Assembly (NCBI RefSeq): GCF_037042905.1 | Contig: NC_087245.1 | Coordinates: 20,152,001-20,216,000, forward strand | Direction: 5' to 3' | DNA length: 64,000 nt | Source of the DNA: Lytechinus pictus | Lineage: Eukaryota | Part shown: positions 12,386 through 24,900 of the stretch, one piece after another | Position numbering within the stretch: position 1 is the stretch's first letter | Layout: each line of letters starts with the position of its first letter | Position numbers and translations under genes: made by a program | Notes under the pieces: generated by a model | Databases searched by the model: none | What the model was told of the DNA's origin: nothing | The model's input: the letters and a program-made list of their open reading frames with translations, nothing else

Positions 12386-12554
12386 TTAATGCAAGGGTGT
12401 AATAAAGCTCAACAAGGAGTTATTGTTTATTTCTTCATCATTTGATCTACAATAATAATGAAATCACTGAAACCAAAGCAAAAGGAAATTGTAAATAAGC
12501 TTTCATTATCATTCTTCAAATTTTTCTGCTCATGCTTGTCAGAACAGTAAGAAG

Positions 12555-12639
12555 ATGGATCCAAATGGTAATGATGGACAGGACTCTGATCTGGATGAAG
12601 GGATAGAGCTTTATGATGATGACAATGACATCCCTGCAG
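12555..12639 (+). CDS. AAMP: AAMP coding exon 1 ([28 protein letters not shown])
   Basis: ATG at 12555 shortly after AG acceptors at 12541-12547; donor GCAG|GTGAAT; acidic peptide; phase 1 matches the next exon. Confidence 0.8.
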
Positions 12640-15600
12640 GTGAATACCACTGGCTTTGTGACACTTGATTAAACAACACTTAAAATATTGTATTAGATTT
12701 TTAAATTCCTTATTTTCTTCATAATTTGTAAGTAATTAGTAAATTCCATCATTGCCCCCAAAACATAAAATATTGAAATGAACTATTTTATGAGATCAAA
12801 GGGTTTTCAAGATATCAAAGGTGTATGTCATTGTTATTGCTATTAAGTGCAGTGACCTGTTAAAATATTATATTTAATATTTAAAGTAATTTCTTTCCTA
12901 AATTCATTGATGCCTTCGATGTTTTCCCAAATTTTTGAATTTCACAAATTAATGTGCTCGCATGCTTTTTATACTTAGATAACATAGTAAATGAGATGGA
13001 TGATATGGATTTCTATGATTACGATGAGTTGGAAGATGAAGGCGATGACGATGAAGGAAGAGGGGTCGATGAAGAAGGAGCTATGGCTGCAGAAGCTCCC
13101 AGGGATGATGCCGTCACTCGCTTCGAGAGTCATGCGGGTGAGAAAGCACAATTTGTAAATGGTCTAGGTAATCATCCAGTTGTATATTGCAGAAAGGAAA
13201 GTAAAAATGGAATGCACAGATTTTGTATCAAAGCATGTATTGTATGTTATGTGATTATGCAGCCATTTTGTTTTTGAAAGACGTGTATCAATCAAGTGTG
13301 ATTTGTTCATGTCTTGGAAGGAAATCTTAAGTCATGTTCTGGATCTGATGAACATGACCAAGGGCTGGAACAATGGACCTCTGAATCAATGTGTAACTTT
13401 AACATGCAGCTTGATCAGTACAGGCATAGGACACAAAATGGTGTTGTGGGATAGTGCGTGACGTGAACAATTAGGCCTAAATGTTAATGTGATAACTGTG
13501 TCTTGGTTAGGATGCCTAGTGCTAAATGCTTGTAAATCTATTGTATCACATGTTGTGATACATCTGTTTAGTAATAATTATCATTTTATTTGTGTTAATT
13601 AGGTGCTGTTTTCTGTTGCGACATCCATCCTGCTGGTGGATGTTTGGCTGTCACTGGAGGGGAGGATGACAAGGCCTATATCTGGAATACCACCACAGGA
13701 GAATCAGTTTTAGAATGCACCGGTAAGACTCATAGTTAGGCCATTGGTTGCTTTATTCTGTAACTTCCAATCTCCCATAATCTTTTTGAGGGACCAACCT
13801 GCTCGAGTAGGTAATATGTTAAACTGCCGATTTAAAAAAAAAATGAATGAAGTTAATGTTTCGATATACAGTGGTGCTTGAAAGTTAGTGAACTCTACCA
13901 GAAAATGAACATATTTAAAGTATTGAAGTTCTGCCATGTTTTAGATATGTAATTGTGAAGTCAGATTTTCTAGACTTGCGGAACATTGTAGTGTTGTCTA
14001 CTACATTCAATACTCACCATGAATGAGTGCATTTTGTGGTGGGATTCACTAACTTTTGAGCACAGCTGTAGGCCTTTGCCTTTATGCAGTGATATTTTCT
14101 GTTGAATGCAGTTGATGATGAAATCTACAGTGAAAATAATTTGCATGATTTTTTCTTATTTTTTACCTAGGTCACAATGACTCTGTGACTTGTGTTTGTT
14201 TCAGCTATGATGGTGAACTAGTCGCTACAGGTGATATGAGTGGAGTCATCAAAGTTTGGAAGCTAGCAGACAAAGATGAGATCTGGACGTATGAATGCTC
14301 AGATTTAGAGGTTTGTTCCATCATGTTATATTGTTCTTGAGCTGAGAGAATGTTTAATTACTGTGGTTAAAAAAAAATATTATCCTTGGAAGGCAGGGAA
14401 TAATTTTCCTGGTATCGCACCGCAATTTGCTCCACATTTTTGAAAGACTGCAATGCATAAAGTCTTTTGTATAGCATATTTTTACATAGAACTGTATATA
14501 TATATATATCTGAGTGAGCGCCCTGCGTGGCTGCCTTCCACTCAGTTCTCTATAGTTTTGCTATTTCTAGTGCTGTTTTAATTTTTCAGTCTTCTATTTT
14601 TACATCAGCTATATCTCATATACTTTGTGAATCTCCTGGACCAATTTTGTGTTGTATAATTCTGAATTTTTGATGTATTTCAGCTATATTGGATTTAGAT
14701 TTTTATATCTTCTCTATGCTATTTTAGTGCACAGTCTCCATACTGATAGTCCTTCATGTACAGCATCTGTGCACTCAACTGTCTACTGGTTTGAGTTGAT
14801 CTTTCTTACTGTGATGTGCTTACATGGTCTGTATAAGCTACCTTTAAGCTTTTAATACTATTGTCTAGGCCTGCTGCTTATAGTTGTCAGGTTCAGTACA
14901 ATGGAAGGAATGAGACCTTTCTTTATTGTGAGTCTAATGCTGACTCTTCTCATGTTCTCAAACTACCATTGTACAACTTCATGTATTCGTACTTGTAGTT
15001 TACCATGTATTAATGTTTGGAAACAAATGCTTGTAAAGGTAAAAGGCTACTCAAATGCACGTATTTTGTACTATAACAATGCAATCCCTACTTTTAATGT
15101 TACATTGCTAATTAGTGGGGATGTTGAGAGTAACCCGGGCCCAGATAATGATGGCCAGGTCAATGTCAAGGCAGAGAATAAGCTGTATAGGCCTATATGT
15201 AGAAGTGTTAACACAAAATATCTGTATAGTACTCCAAAATTGTTAGAGCTTAACCCATACAATGTCCACTCAAGGTTCAAGAATCTTCGGGTCAGTGAAG
15301 CAACATGGAAACAAATCACGACACTACATATCAATAGAGTGAAGAAGACTCATAGAGGAAAGAGAGCAGGTAAACAGACGAGAGAGAAAGCAGAGAAAAA
15401 CATGCACCTGAACAATGACTTTTTGAGTAAGAACATAAAATTTGCTATGTTGAATGCTAGGTCAGTAAAGAATAAAACTGCTGAACTCGCTGATTACATC
15501 ATTGAACACAACTTAGACATTATTGCTGTCTGTGAAACCTGGCTATCACCTGATGACGCCTCTCCGATTGGCCAGCTGACACCTCATGGTTTCACTTTCA

Positions 15601-18600
15601 AGCATGTCCCCCGAGTAGGTAGAAGAGGGGGAGGAGTAGCTGTGCTTTTCAGAAGTCATCTTGATGTCAGAATCGTCGATAACCCAGATATAACCTCATT
15701 TGAGATGATTCAGATGACACTGAACCATGAACAGAAGTCACTGCGATTGATTGCTGTGTATCGTCCACCAGGTCAGAGACAGCTCCAGACGTTCTTCGAT
15801 GAATTTTCCAATCTTCTTGATGGACACCTTCTCCAGACTTCTGACTTAATCATCACAGGAGATTTCAACATACCCATGGATTCTTCAACTCCCACATCTA
15901 ATTCCTTCTCTGAGTTATTATCTGCCTACAATTTGACCCAACACATAAATGAGCCCACCCATAATCGTGGTCATGTATTAGATTTACTCATTACTCAAAA
16001 GTGTAATACTGTTCAACTACTTAAGATTCATGTAAAGGAAGGTATATCTGACCATTCAGTATTAATGTGTGAATTCAACATTCCCAAACGATCTTCCAAT
16101 AAAAAGCTTGTTACTACACGTAACCTTAAATCTCTAGATCCAAAAGAGTTTGCAAATGACACTCATTTTAATTCGCTCATATTAACACATTCTTGTGCCA
16201 AAAGTGTTGATGAAAAGGTGAATTTGTATAATTCTTTACTTACTTCTGCACTTGATAAGCTGGCACCTAAGAAGCAGCTCATTGTAACAATTCACCCTAA
16301 TACTGAATGGTACAATCAAGAAATAGCAAAAGCAAAACTCCTTCGTAGACAATTAGAAAGGAGAGCAAGGTCCACTAAACTGGAGATTCACAAACAAATG
16401 TATCGTACTCAGAAGCAACACGTAAATGCGTTAATTAAGAAAGCTCAATCAAACTATCATTCAAAGAAAGTTGAGGACTGCAAAAAAGATGCAAAGAAAT
16501 TATATAAAGTTGCTAATAATTTACTTAATAGAAAACAACCATCTCCTTTGCCTCAACATTTCACCCATGGTAATCAATTACAACTTGCTAATCGTTTCAA
16601 CCAATATTTTGTAGACAAAATTATCACAATTCGACAACACTTTCAAATTGATACTGTGCAACCGTCGAATAATGTTTGTGAACCTAATTCAATGTGGTGT
16701 GAATTTCAGCCAGTCACTCTCCACGAGATTGAAACTCTTGTCAAAAATTCACGAAACAAATCATGTGAACTTGATCCTGTCCCTACCGATCTGCTTAAGA
16801 AGTGTAGCTCATTCCTAGTACCCATTATTACTAGCATTATAAACGATAGCCTGATTTCAGGAGTTGTCCCACAAACTTTCAAAACAGCTGTCATCCATCC
16901 AACATTGAAAAAGTTGAGTTTAGATCAGGAATGCCTTAAAAATTATCGCCCAATTTCGAATTTATCTTTCTTGAGTAAGTTGCTTGAAAGGGTTGTTTTT
17001 TCGCAACTGACTTCATATCTACAGGAACATGAATTGGTTGACCCACGCCAATCTGCCTATAGGCCTGGTCATAGTGTAGAAACTTTACTTGTCAATTTAA
17101 CTGATAACATATTCAGGGAATTAGATTGTGACAATATAACTGCTCTTGTCATGCTCGATATGAGCTCTGCTTTTGATACAATAGATCACGCTATATTAAT
17201 ACACAGACTTACATCTTTAGGTATCTCTGGTACTGTTCTGGACTGGTTCACGTCATATCTCACTGATCGGTCCCAGTATGTCAGAATTGGTAATTTTGCA
17301 TCCTGCAAAAGTTCTTTACAATATGGTGTACCACAGGGTTCAGTTGGAGGCCCCCTGCTTTTCTCTTTGTATATTCAACCTATCAGTCAAATACTTAAAG
17401 AACACAATATCAACTATCACTGTTATGCAGATGACATACAAATCTATCTATCATTTAAACCCTCTTTATCTTCTCTATCATTGGCTATTGGAAAACTTGA
17501 AGCATGTCTAAAAGATGTAAAATCATGGCTCACCTTGAATGGTCTTAAACTGAATGATGACAAGTCAGAGTTTTTACTTTTAGGTTCAAGAAAGATGTTA
17601 AGTAAGATCAACTATCGATCTTGTCGTCTCAATATTGGTAGCACCTCCATTACACCATCAGATCGAGCTCGTAATTTGGGAGTTATTTTCGATCAGGACA
17701 TGTCTTTTCGCCATCATCTAACATATGTTCAACAAAGTGTCAGGTATCAACTTCGAAATCTAAGTTTCATAAGAAAGTGTCTTTCCAAACCTGCGGCTGA
17801 AATCCTCATTCACTCTTTAATTTCCTCCCGTTTAGATTTTGCCAACTCATTGTTCTGCAATTTACCTAAGAAGGACATAATAAAACTTCAAAGACTACAA
17901 AATTCTGCAGCACGCCTACTGACACTGACAAAGAAGTCTGATTCAATAACTCCCATTCTCCGATCTCTCCATTGGCTACCAGTTGATAAAAGAATTATAT
18001 TCAAAATTTTGTTACTAGTTCATCACTCTGTCTACTCTGTTTCCCCCTTATACCTGTGCAACTCAATTTCTCGATATTGCCCGACACGAAGTCTTCGTTC
18101 TTCATCAGATACATTGTTGCTTCAGATACCAAGAACCAGACACACATGGGGGGATAGGGCTTTCTCTGTCATGGGTCCAAAACTCTGGAACGAACTCCCG
18201 CTACGAATTCGACAGTTGTCTTCTACAGAATCATTCAAATCCCAACTAAAAACCTATCTATTCCCCTGAAATGATTAATTTAATAATTTAATTTGCCTTG
18301 TCCAGGAGATATTTTATTTTATTATTCTTTCTTTTTCTCTTTCCTTTTTTTTTTTTCCTAAGCGCCATGAGCACCTTAATGTGGACCTGTGCGCTATACA
18401 AATAACCACTATTATTATTATTTATTATTACTTAGTTGAGAGCTTTTCTCTAATGACCAAAAATGCTATTTAAATTTGTGAAGCAAAATCATTCCTTGGA
18501 AGGAATTCATACATTGAAATGATAAAAGGCATAAAAGGCAGCATTGCTAAAGCTGTGGTAATAATTGTGGGTTATAATGTGTGTCATCTCTAACAGTTAT

Positions 18601-21600
18601 GAGCACTTTATAAGTTGTTGTTCTTTGTCTTGTTTGTCTTGACGTCGTCGTGGCAATCGTCACCCTATCAATATTATTATCATAAACATCATCATTATCA
18701 TCTCTTATAGGAATGTAAGATTGGGTTGATTTATCGTAATAAATGTACTCTTTATATGTGATGAAATAAATGTATCTAATTGAAGTACATCACATATTTT
18801 TTTCAGACAAGTAACATAGCAATTTCTATAGTTACTCAGTAAAGATTTACCTGTTTGTAATATGTGCACACTCTTCCCTTCTGATGGACAGATGCAAATA
18901 ATTTGCTGACAGGATCTGTACTGGTCATGAATTACCAACTCCGTTTCCCAATAGACCAGTCCATAGTTAGCTAATGGTTCAAATAACCTCTCATATTCCA
19001 CAGTTATTGTCAAACGTGTTGGAGTAATATTATACACTTAGAGCAGCAACAGCAGTATCTCATGGAAGGCTTATAATTCCCTAATAAATAAAACCTGCTG
19101 GATATCTTGGAATGCGTATTGAGTAAACAATAGTCCGCTTTGGTAGAGTAGGCCTATTCTAAATAATGCATGTACATTTCCAGGTACCTAGCAACAAGCC
19201 ATTCATGCTTTTCTAATGAATGATACTCCATGTTAGAATTCAGTTTGCATGAATCAACTGTTGCTCTGTCAGGCATTCCTCAAGAGTTGCATGCCAGTGT
19301 GTTTTTAGATTGAAGTTCAATCTAGACTAACCTCCACATGCTCAGATTATATCTATGAATTACTTAATCGATATTAAGTCAGCCTTCCATCAAATACTTA
19401 AATTGTTTCATTTTAAGTTATTTACAAGCACTTCTCTTTCTCCTTGATGTATTGTTAACATAATTTAAACTTAGTCACATTATTTCTTCAAGGTAGATTT
19501 GATCAGTTGTAGGTGAAGACTGGCTCGCCAATTGTCTGCACCAATTCTGTATATATCCATTAAACACAAGATTGATATATGTTAAAACTTGTTTAATTTA
19601 TTAAATCAATTATTTATTTTTTAAAATTAATCCCCTTAGAACTTTATGCAATGTAAAATTTATTCCTCATAAGTAGTTTTCATGAACATTTCATTGCAGT
19701 GGCTGACATGGCATAGTGGTGCAAACATTCTCCTTGGTGGAACTGTAGAGGGCAGTGTTTGGATGTGGAAGATACCATCGGGTGACTGTAAGATGATGCA
19801 GGGGCATGGATGCCATCTTACGTGTGGAAAAATCTTCCCAGACGGTATATTGCTTTTTCATGGTTCATGGTTGTTTTTCTCTTCTTTCTTTTGAGGATTG
19901 AGGAAATTTACATGTAGGCCTATCAAAGTTTCATGGTCTCTAGTCTATAGATCAGAGTTATGGGATTGGGTTTAACTCCACGTGTTAATTTCCTTGGTAA
20001 AGAATTCATTCATATTATGCTACACCAGACCCAGGTGAGGTAAATAGGGACCTGGTAGGAATGTATCCCTCGAAACACACAGCAGCCAGTGTAATTTTAC
20101 TATACTTATTGAAAGCTTAGATACATCTTATAAAGTGGAATAAGACATTATTGGACTAATAATGACAACTATAAATATCATTTTGATTGGTAATCAGAAT
20201 CATTCTCATTGTTTGTTCATATATTGTTTACTTTAAAACTATCATATCTTTCTCTGAAGTATAGTGTATAGTTTATTCTAATTATATTTAAGAAGTGAAT
20301 GATCTGTGAATTGTACTTAAAAGAAAATATTTCAACCATAATTCTAACTAATGCTATGTAACCTGCCACCCATCCCTGATCCAACAGCAACATTCTTGTT
20401 TTAATTAGAATTGTAGGAATATATGTTTCAATTATCTGAATTATGAATTTAGTATTTTAGAAAATAAAAACATATTATAACCAATCCTTTTATTTTGTTT
20501 TCTTCTAGAAATTGGATACAAATACTGTATTGATTTATTTTCTAATTGATTTTGAGAAAAAAAATTATGTGCTCATTTTAAGGACTATTTCCTTCTGGAC
20601 AATGTTTTTAATCACATTTTGCTTTCTTTTCTTTTATTTTGTCTATATTTCTTCAAAATATTAGGAAAGAGATGCTGTGTAGGGTACAAAGATGGTTCAG
20701 TCAAGGTTTGGGATTTGAAACAAAATAACACAGTACATCATTTCAAAGGCAAGTATAATGTAAGATTAAAAGTGTTATACAAGTCTCTATCTGACTTAAA
20801 CTGGAGCATTCCACATATTTAGTGTTTTAAATTTTGTAAGAATATTGATTTTTTTTAAAGTTTAAATCCCCTTACTGTCGGATGTTTATTGAATTGTGTA
20901 TTGGTGAAACTAAATTAGAGGGAAATTTTGTAACGAATTTTACATGAGAAAATGCTATGGAATTCTTTATGTTTGTGTGTCTGTTTCATAGACCTATTCA
21001 TTATCAAAAAGACATTATTCGGCCTTGAACCTTTGTCCTTGGCTGAATCGGTTTACAATTTACTGTTAGTTGGATTGATGTATGTCATAAAGCCCGATTC
21101 TTGTGCTGCTGCTCATCACTGACAGCAAATTACTTATTATCAAACCTTTATTCACCAGTTATACACATATTATACACAATAATTTATTACCTCTCACCAG
21201 ACTTATATATTTATGGATGGATCTATTAAACCTGTTTCATGATGCTTTTGGTTGTACAAGATATACCAAGCTATAAATAGCTTTATTTAGAAGTATTTTT
21301 AAAGAGTATTATTCCTTATTTGATGATTTTGGAATGATTAAGAATGGTAAATTATCTTGATGTTTTTCAGATGGTAATGGACATGAGGGAGATGTGACAA
21401 CATTAGACTGTAACCATGACAACATCCTAGGTTTATCTGGTTCAATCGATGGAACAGCGAAACTTCTCAATAGTAACACAGGAAAGGTTTGTAGACATGA
21501 ATAAAGATTATTCTTTTAAGTTGATTTCACTTTATTATTTTTTATTCAAAGAAAAGGTGCTGTTAGCCTTTAAAACTTTACAGGATCAGACTACCATGTG

Positions 21601-21899
21601 TCAGCTTACCTACTCAATTGTTTCAGGCCATGTTTTATTTCACAGATTTATGATTCTACATAGCCTTGCTGCTTGATAGCCTGCATGTGTGATCTTTTTC
21701 CTTTGAAAAAAAGTCTGACTTTCTCACATTTTCATAGTCACTCTAAAACGTTTCTACATTTATAAAGGCAATTGATACATAATAGAAGCTTGGAAAACAG
21801 ACTTTCAAACCTTGTTGAAATATGAGAATTTATTTTTTAATGGTTTTTGTCTCACCTGCATAGCAGAGTGAGACTATAGGCGCCGCTTTTCCGACGGCG

Positions 21900-21951
<52 letters not shown>

Positions 21952-24900
21952 CGGCGGCGTCAACACCAAATCTTAACCTGAGGTTAAGTTTTTGAAATGA
22001 CAGCATAACTTAGAAAGTATATGGACCTAGTTCATGAAACTTGGCCATAAGGTTAATCAAGTATTACTGAACATCCTGCCTGAGTTTCATGTCACATGAC
22101 CAAGGTCAAAGGTCATTTAGGGTCAATGAACTTAGACCATGTTGGGGGAATCAACATCAAAATCTTAACCTAAGGTTAAGTTTTTGAAATGTCATCATAA
22201 ATTAGAAAATATATGGACCTAGTTCATGAAACTTATACATAAGGTTAATCAAGTATCACTGAACATCCTGCATGAGTTTCACGACACATGACCAAGGTCA
22301 AAGGTCATTTAGGGTCAATGAACTTTGGCCGAATTGGGGGTATCTGTTGAATTACCATCATAACTTTGAAAGTTTATGGATCTGATTCATGAAACTTGGA
22401 CATAATAGTAATCAAGTATTACTGAACATCCTGTGCAAGTTTCAGGTCACATGATCAAGGTCAAAGGTCATTTAGGGTCAATGAACTTTGGCCAAATTGG
22501 GGTATTTGTTGAATTACAGCCATAAATTTGAAAGTGTGTTGGTCTAGTTCATAAAACTTGGACATAAGAGTAATCAAGTATCACTGAACATCCTGTGCGA
22601 GTTTCAGGTCACATGATCAAGGTCAAAGGTCATGTAAGGTCAAAGAACTTTGGCCATGTTGGGGGTATTTGTTGAATTGCCATCATACATGTATCTCTAT
22701 AAGTGTATTGGTCTAATTCATAAAACGTGGAAATACGAGTAACCAAGTATCACTGAACATCTTGTGCGAGTTATAGTAGTTTTCAAAATCAGCACTGCTG
22801 CTATATTGAATCGCGTGATGCAGGTGAGACGGCCAGAGGCATTCCACTTGTTTAAAATTATGTTTGCAGGTTCTTGCTACATTTTCTGGTGGTGCTATCA
22901 AGGAAGATATTGGAGAAACAAACTCAGTGGAATCAGTAGGATTCTCACCAAGGTAAGTTCTCAACTGATGAAATAAAATGTATCTCCTGTCGAGAAGGCA
23001 TGCTTGACACCTCAGGATGCTTATTTGCTATCCACCTTTGAAAATGAATAGCAATTACACAATGAGGATGCAGACGTGGTAACATACATGAAATAATTAT
23101 GAGTCATTATTTTTACTTAGATTCATGTTGATTATTATATATGAGTTAACATCGATACACGTATATTGGTTAAAATTTCATGGACTGCTTGACATTCATC
23201 TTGTTAGCTACCTTATTTAGTAATGGTATTGTGTATTGAGAATCAGTCATGGCTACATTGTATAATCTTATGTCTACACAATCTTTTCCAAGTTCAATAA
23301 CAAGGAAAACATTTCATTGGATTAATGCTCAAAACAATACAAAAATATACACCAATGATGTTCCATCATGAATGTTGCCAATTTGTACTTTATTTGTGAC
23401 ACTTCAGAAAGTCATAACTTACACAAGATTATTACCAGTATTCTATTCCATTGAGTTACTCATTCCTTAAATTTATTGCTTCTGTTCGAAAAAAAAACAG
23501 GATGGATGTTCCTTTAATGACAATTCTTTTCTTGTTTTTTTTTCTTCAGCCAATCCCTCGCTGCCTTGGGCTCCCTTAATGGCATGTTGAGTATCTGGGA
23601 TCTTCCCACACAGAAGCTAAGGCATCAGTGTGACCATGGGGTAAGTTTATCATCATTTTGATCCCAACATTCTATCAGTGTCCTACGACTTTACCTACGA
23701 ATTTACACTGAATATGAAAAAAAAGGAAAGGAAAATCAGAGTACTGTCTTGTTTCAATTGTAGCCATTGTAAATGATGAGGAAAGAAGGGAGAAGTACAA
23801 ATGAGGTTGGAGTAACAGGGTAGCTGATATATATAATTCTGTGTGATTTAAATGTTTTTGATGTCATCAACTATCATTGATGATCTGGTACGAGTTGCAG
23901 GTCACATGATCAAAGTCAAAGGTCGTTTGAGGTCAAATGAATGGTGTTTTGTGAAAAATTATTAATCTTAGTTTCCAAAAATCTGCATCACTGCTATGTT
24001 GAATTGTGTCATGCAGGCGAGACTGCTAAGGGCGTTCCACTTGTTTTACATTTAAACTGTATATATTTTTTTGAGTATTTTTTTTGGTTTATAATCTGTA
24101 AATCAAAACTTCATTGCTCATTGATTTCCTCTTTCTTCACTGATTTGCAGGCTGGCATTGTTAGATTAGCCTGGGATGTTGAGACCCCAATGATCTTCAC
24201 AGCTGGTCTGGATGGAATGGTCAAGTTATGGGATAGTCGGTCAGCAGAGAAGGTTGCCTCATGGACTGGTCACCAAGGAGAGATCCTCGATCTTGCAATT
24301 AGCAGGTCAGTGGTTCTCTGGTTGTGGAAACAATGTAGTTAATTGGTTTATTTGGAAAGCAAAGGTTGTTGATTCAATACCCAACATAGCATTAATTTCC
24401 TATGGCTAGGTATCTCCTTTAGGCATTCCATAATTCGTAGAATAATTGATCTTGCAATTAGCAGGTAAGTGGCTCTCTTGTTGTGGGAATAATGTCGTTA
24501 AGTGGTTTAGTTGGAAAGCAAAGGTCATTGATTCAATACCCAACATTAGCATTAATTCCTTGTGACTAGGTATCTCTGCCAGGCATTCCATACTTAGTAG
24601 AATAATTGGATCTTATAAATAGGATTAGTCATCATGATGACCACATGCTCGAAATATTTCCCGGGAATTTGGAAGGTGTACATGTTCATAAATGAATTGG
24701 ATGACTTGGAAATTATTTCTCTTTAAAGTGCTTGGAGACAATGCTTTTATTTTATATCTATGTAAGAAGAGGGGCTAGTTGCAGAAAGTGTTTCTATCAA
24801 ACGCAAATTGATTTTCAGCCAGTCAGGATTGCATATGCAGCACTTGTGTTTAAACACCTCAGGCACCAGAATATTCAAACTTGCACATTTGTTTCAAGCA

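Noticed and set aside
21980..22780. Regularly spaced repeats superficially resembling a CRISPR array
   Set aside because: Eukaryotic intron; whole units are similar with no unique spacers; they are internal tandem repeats of a HINE-like element.
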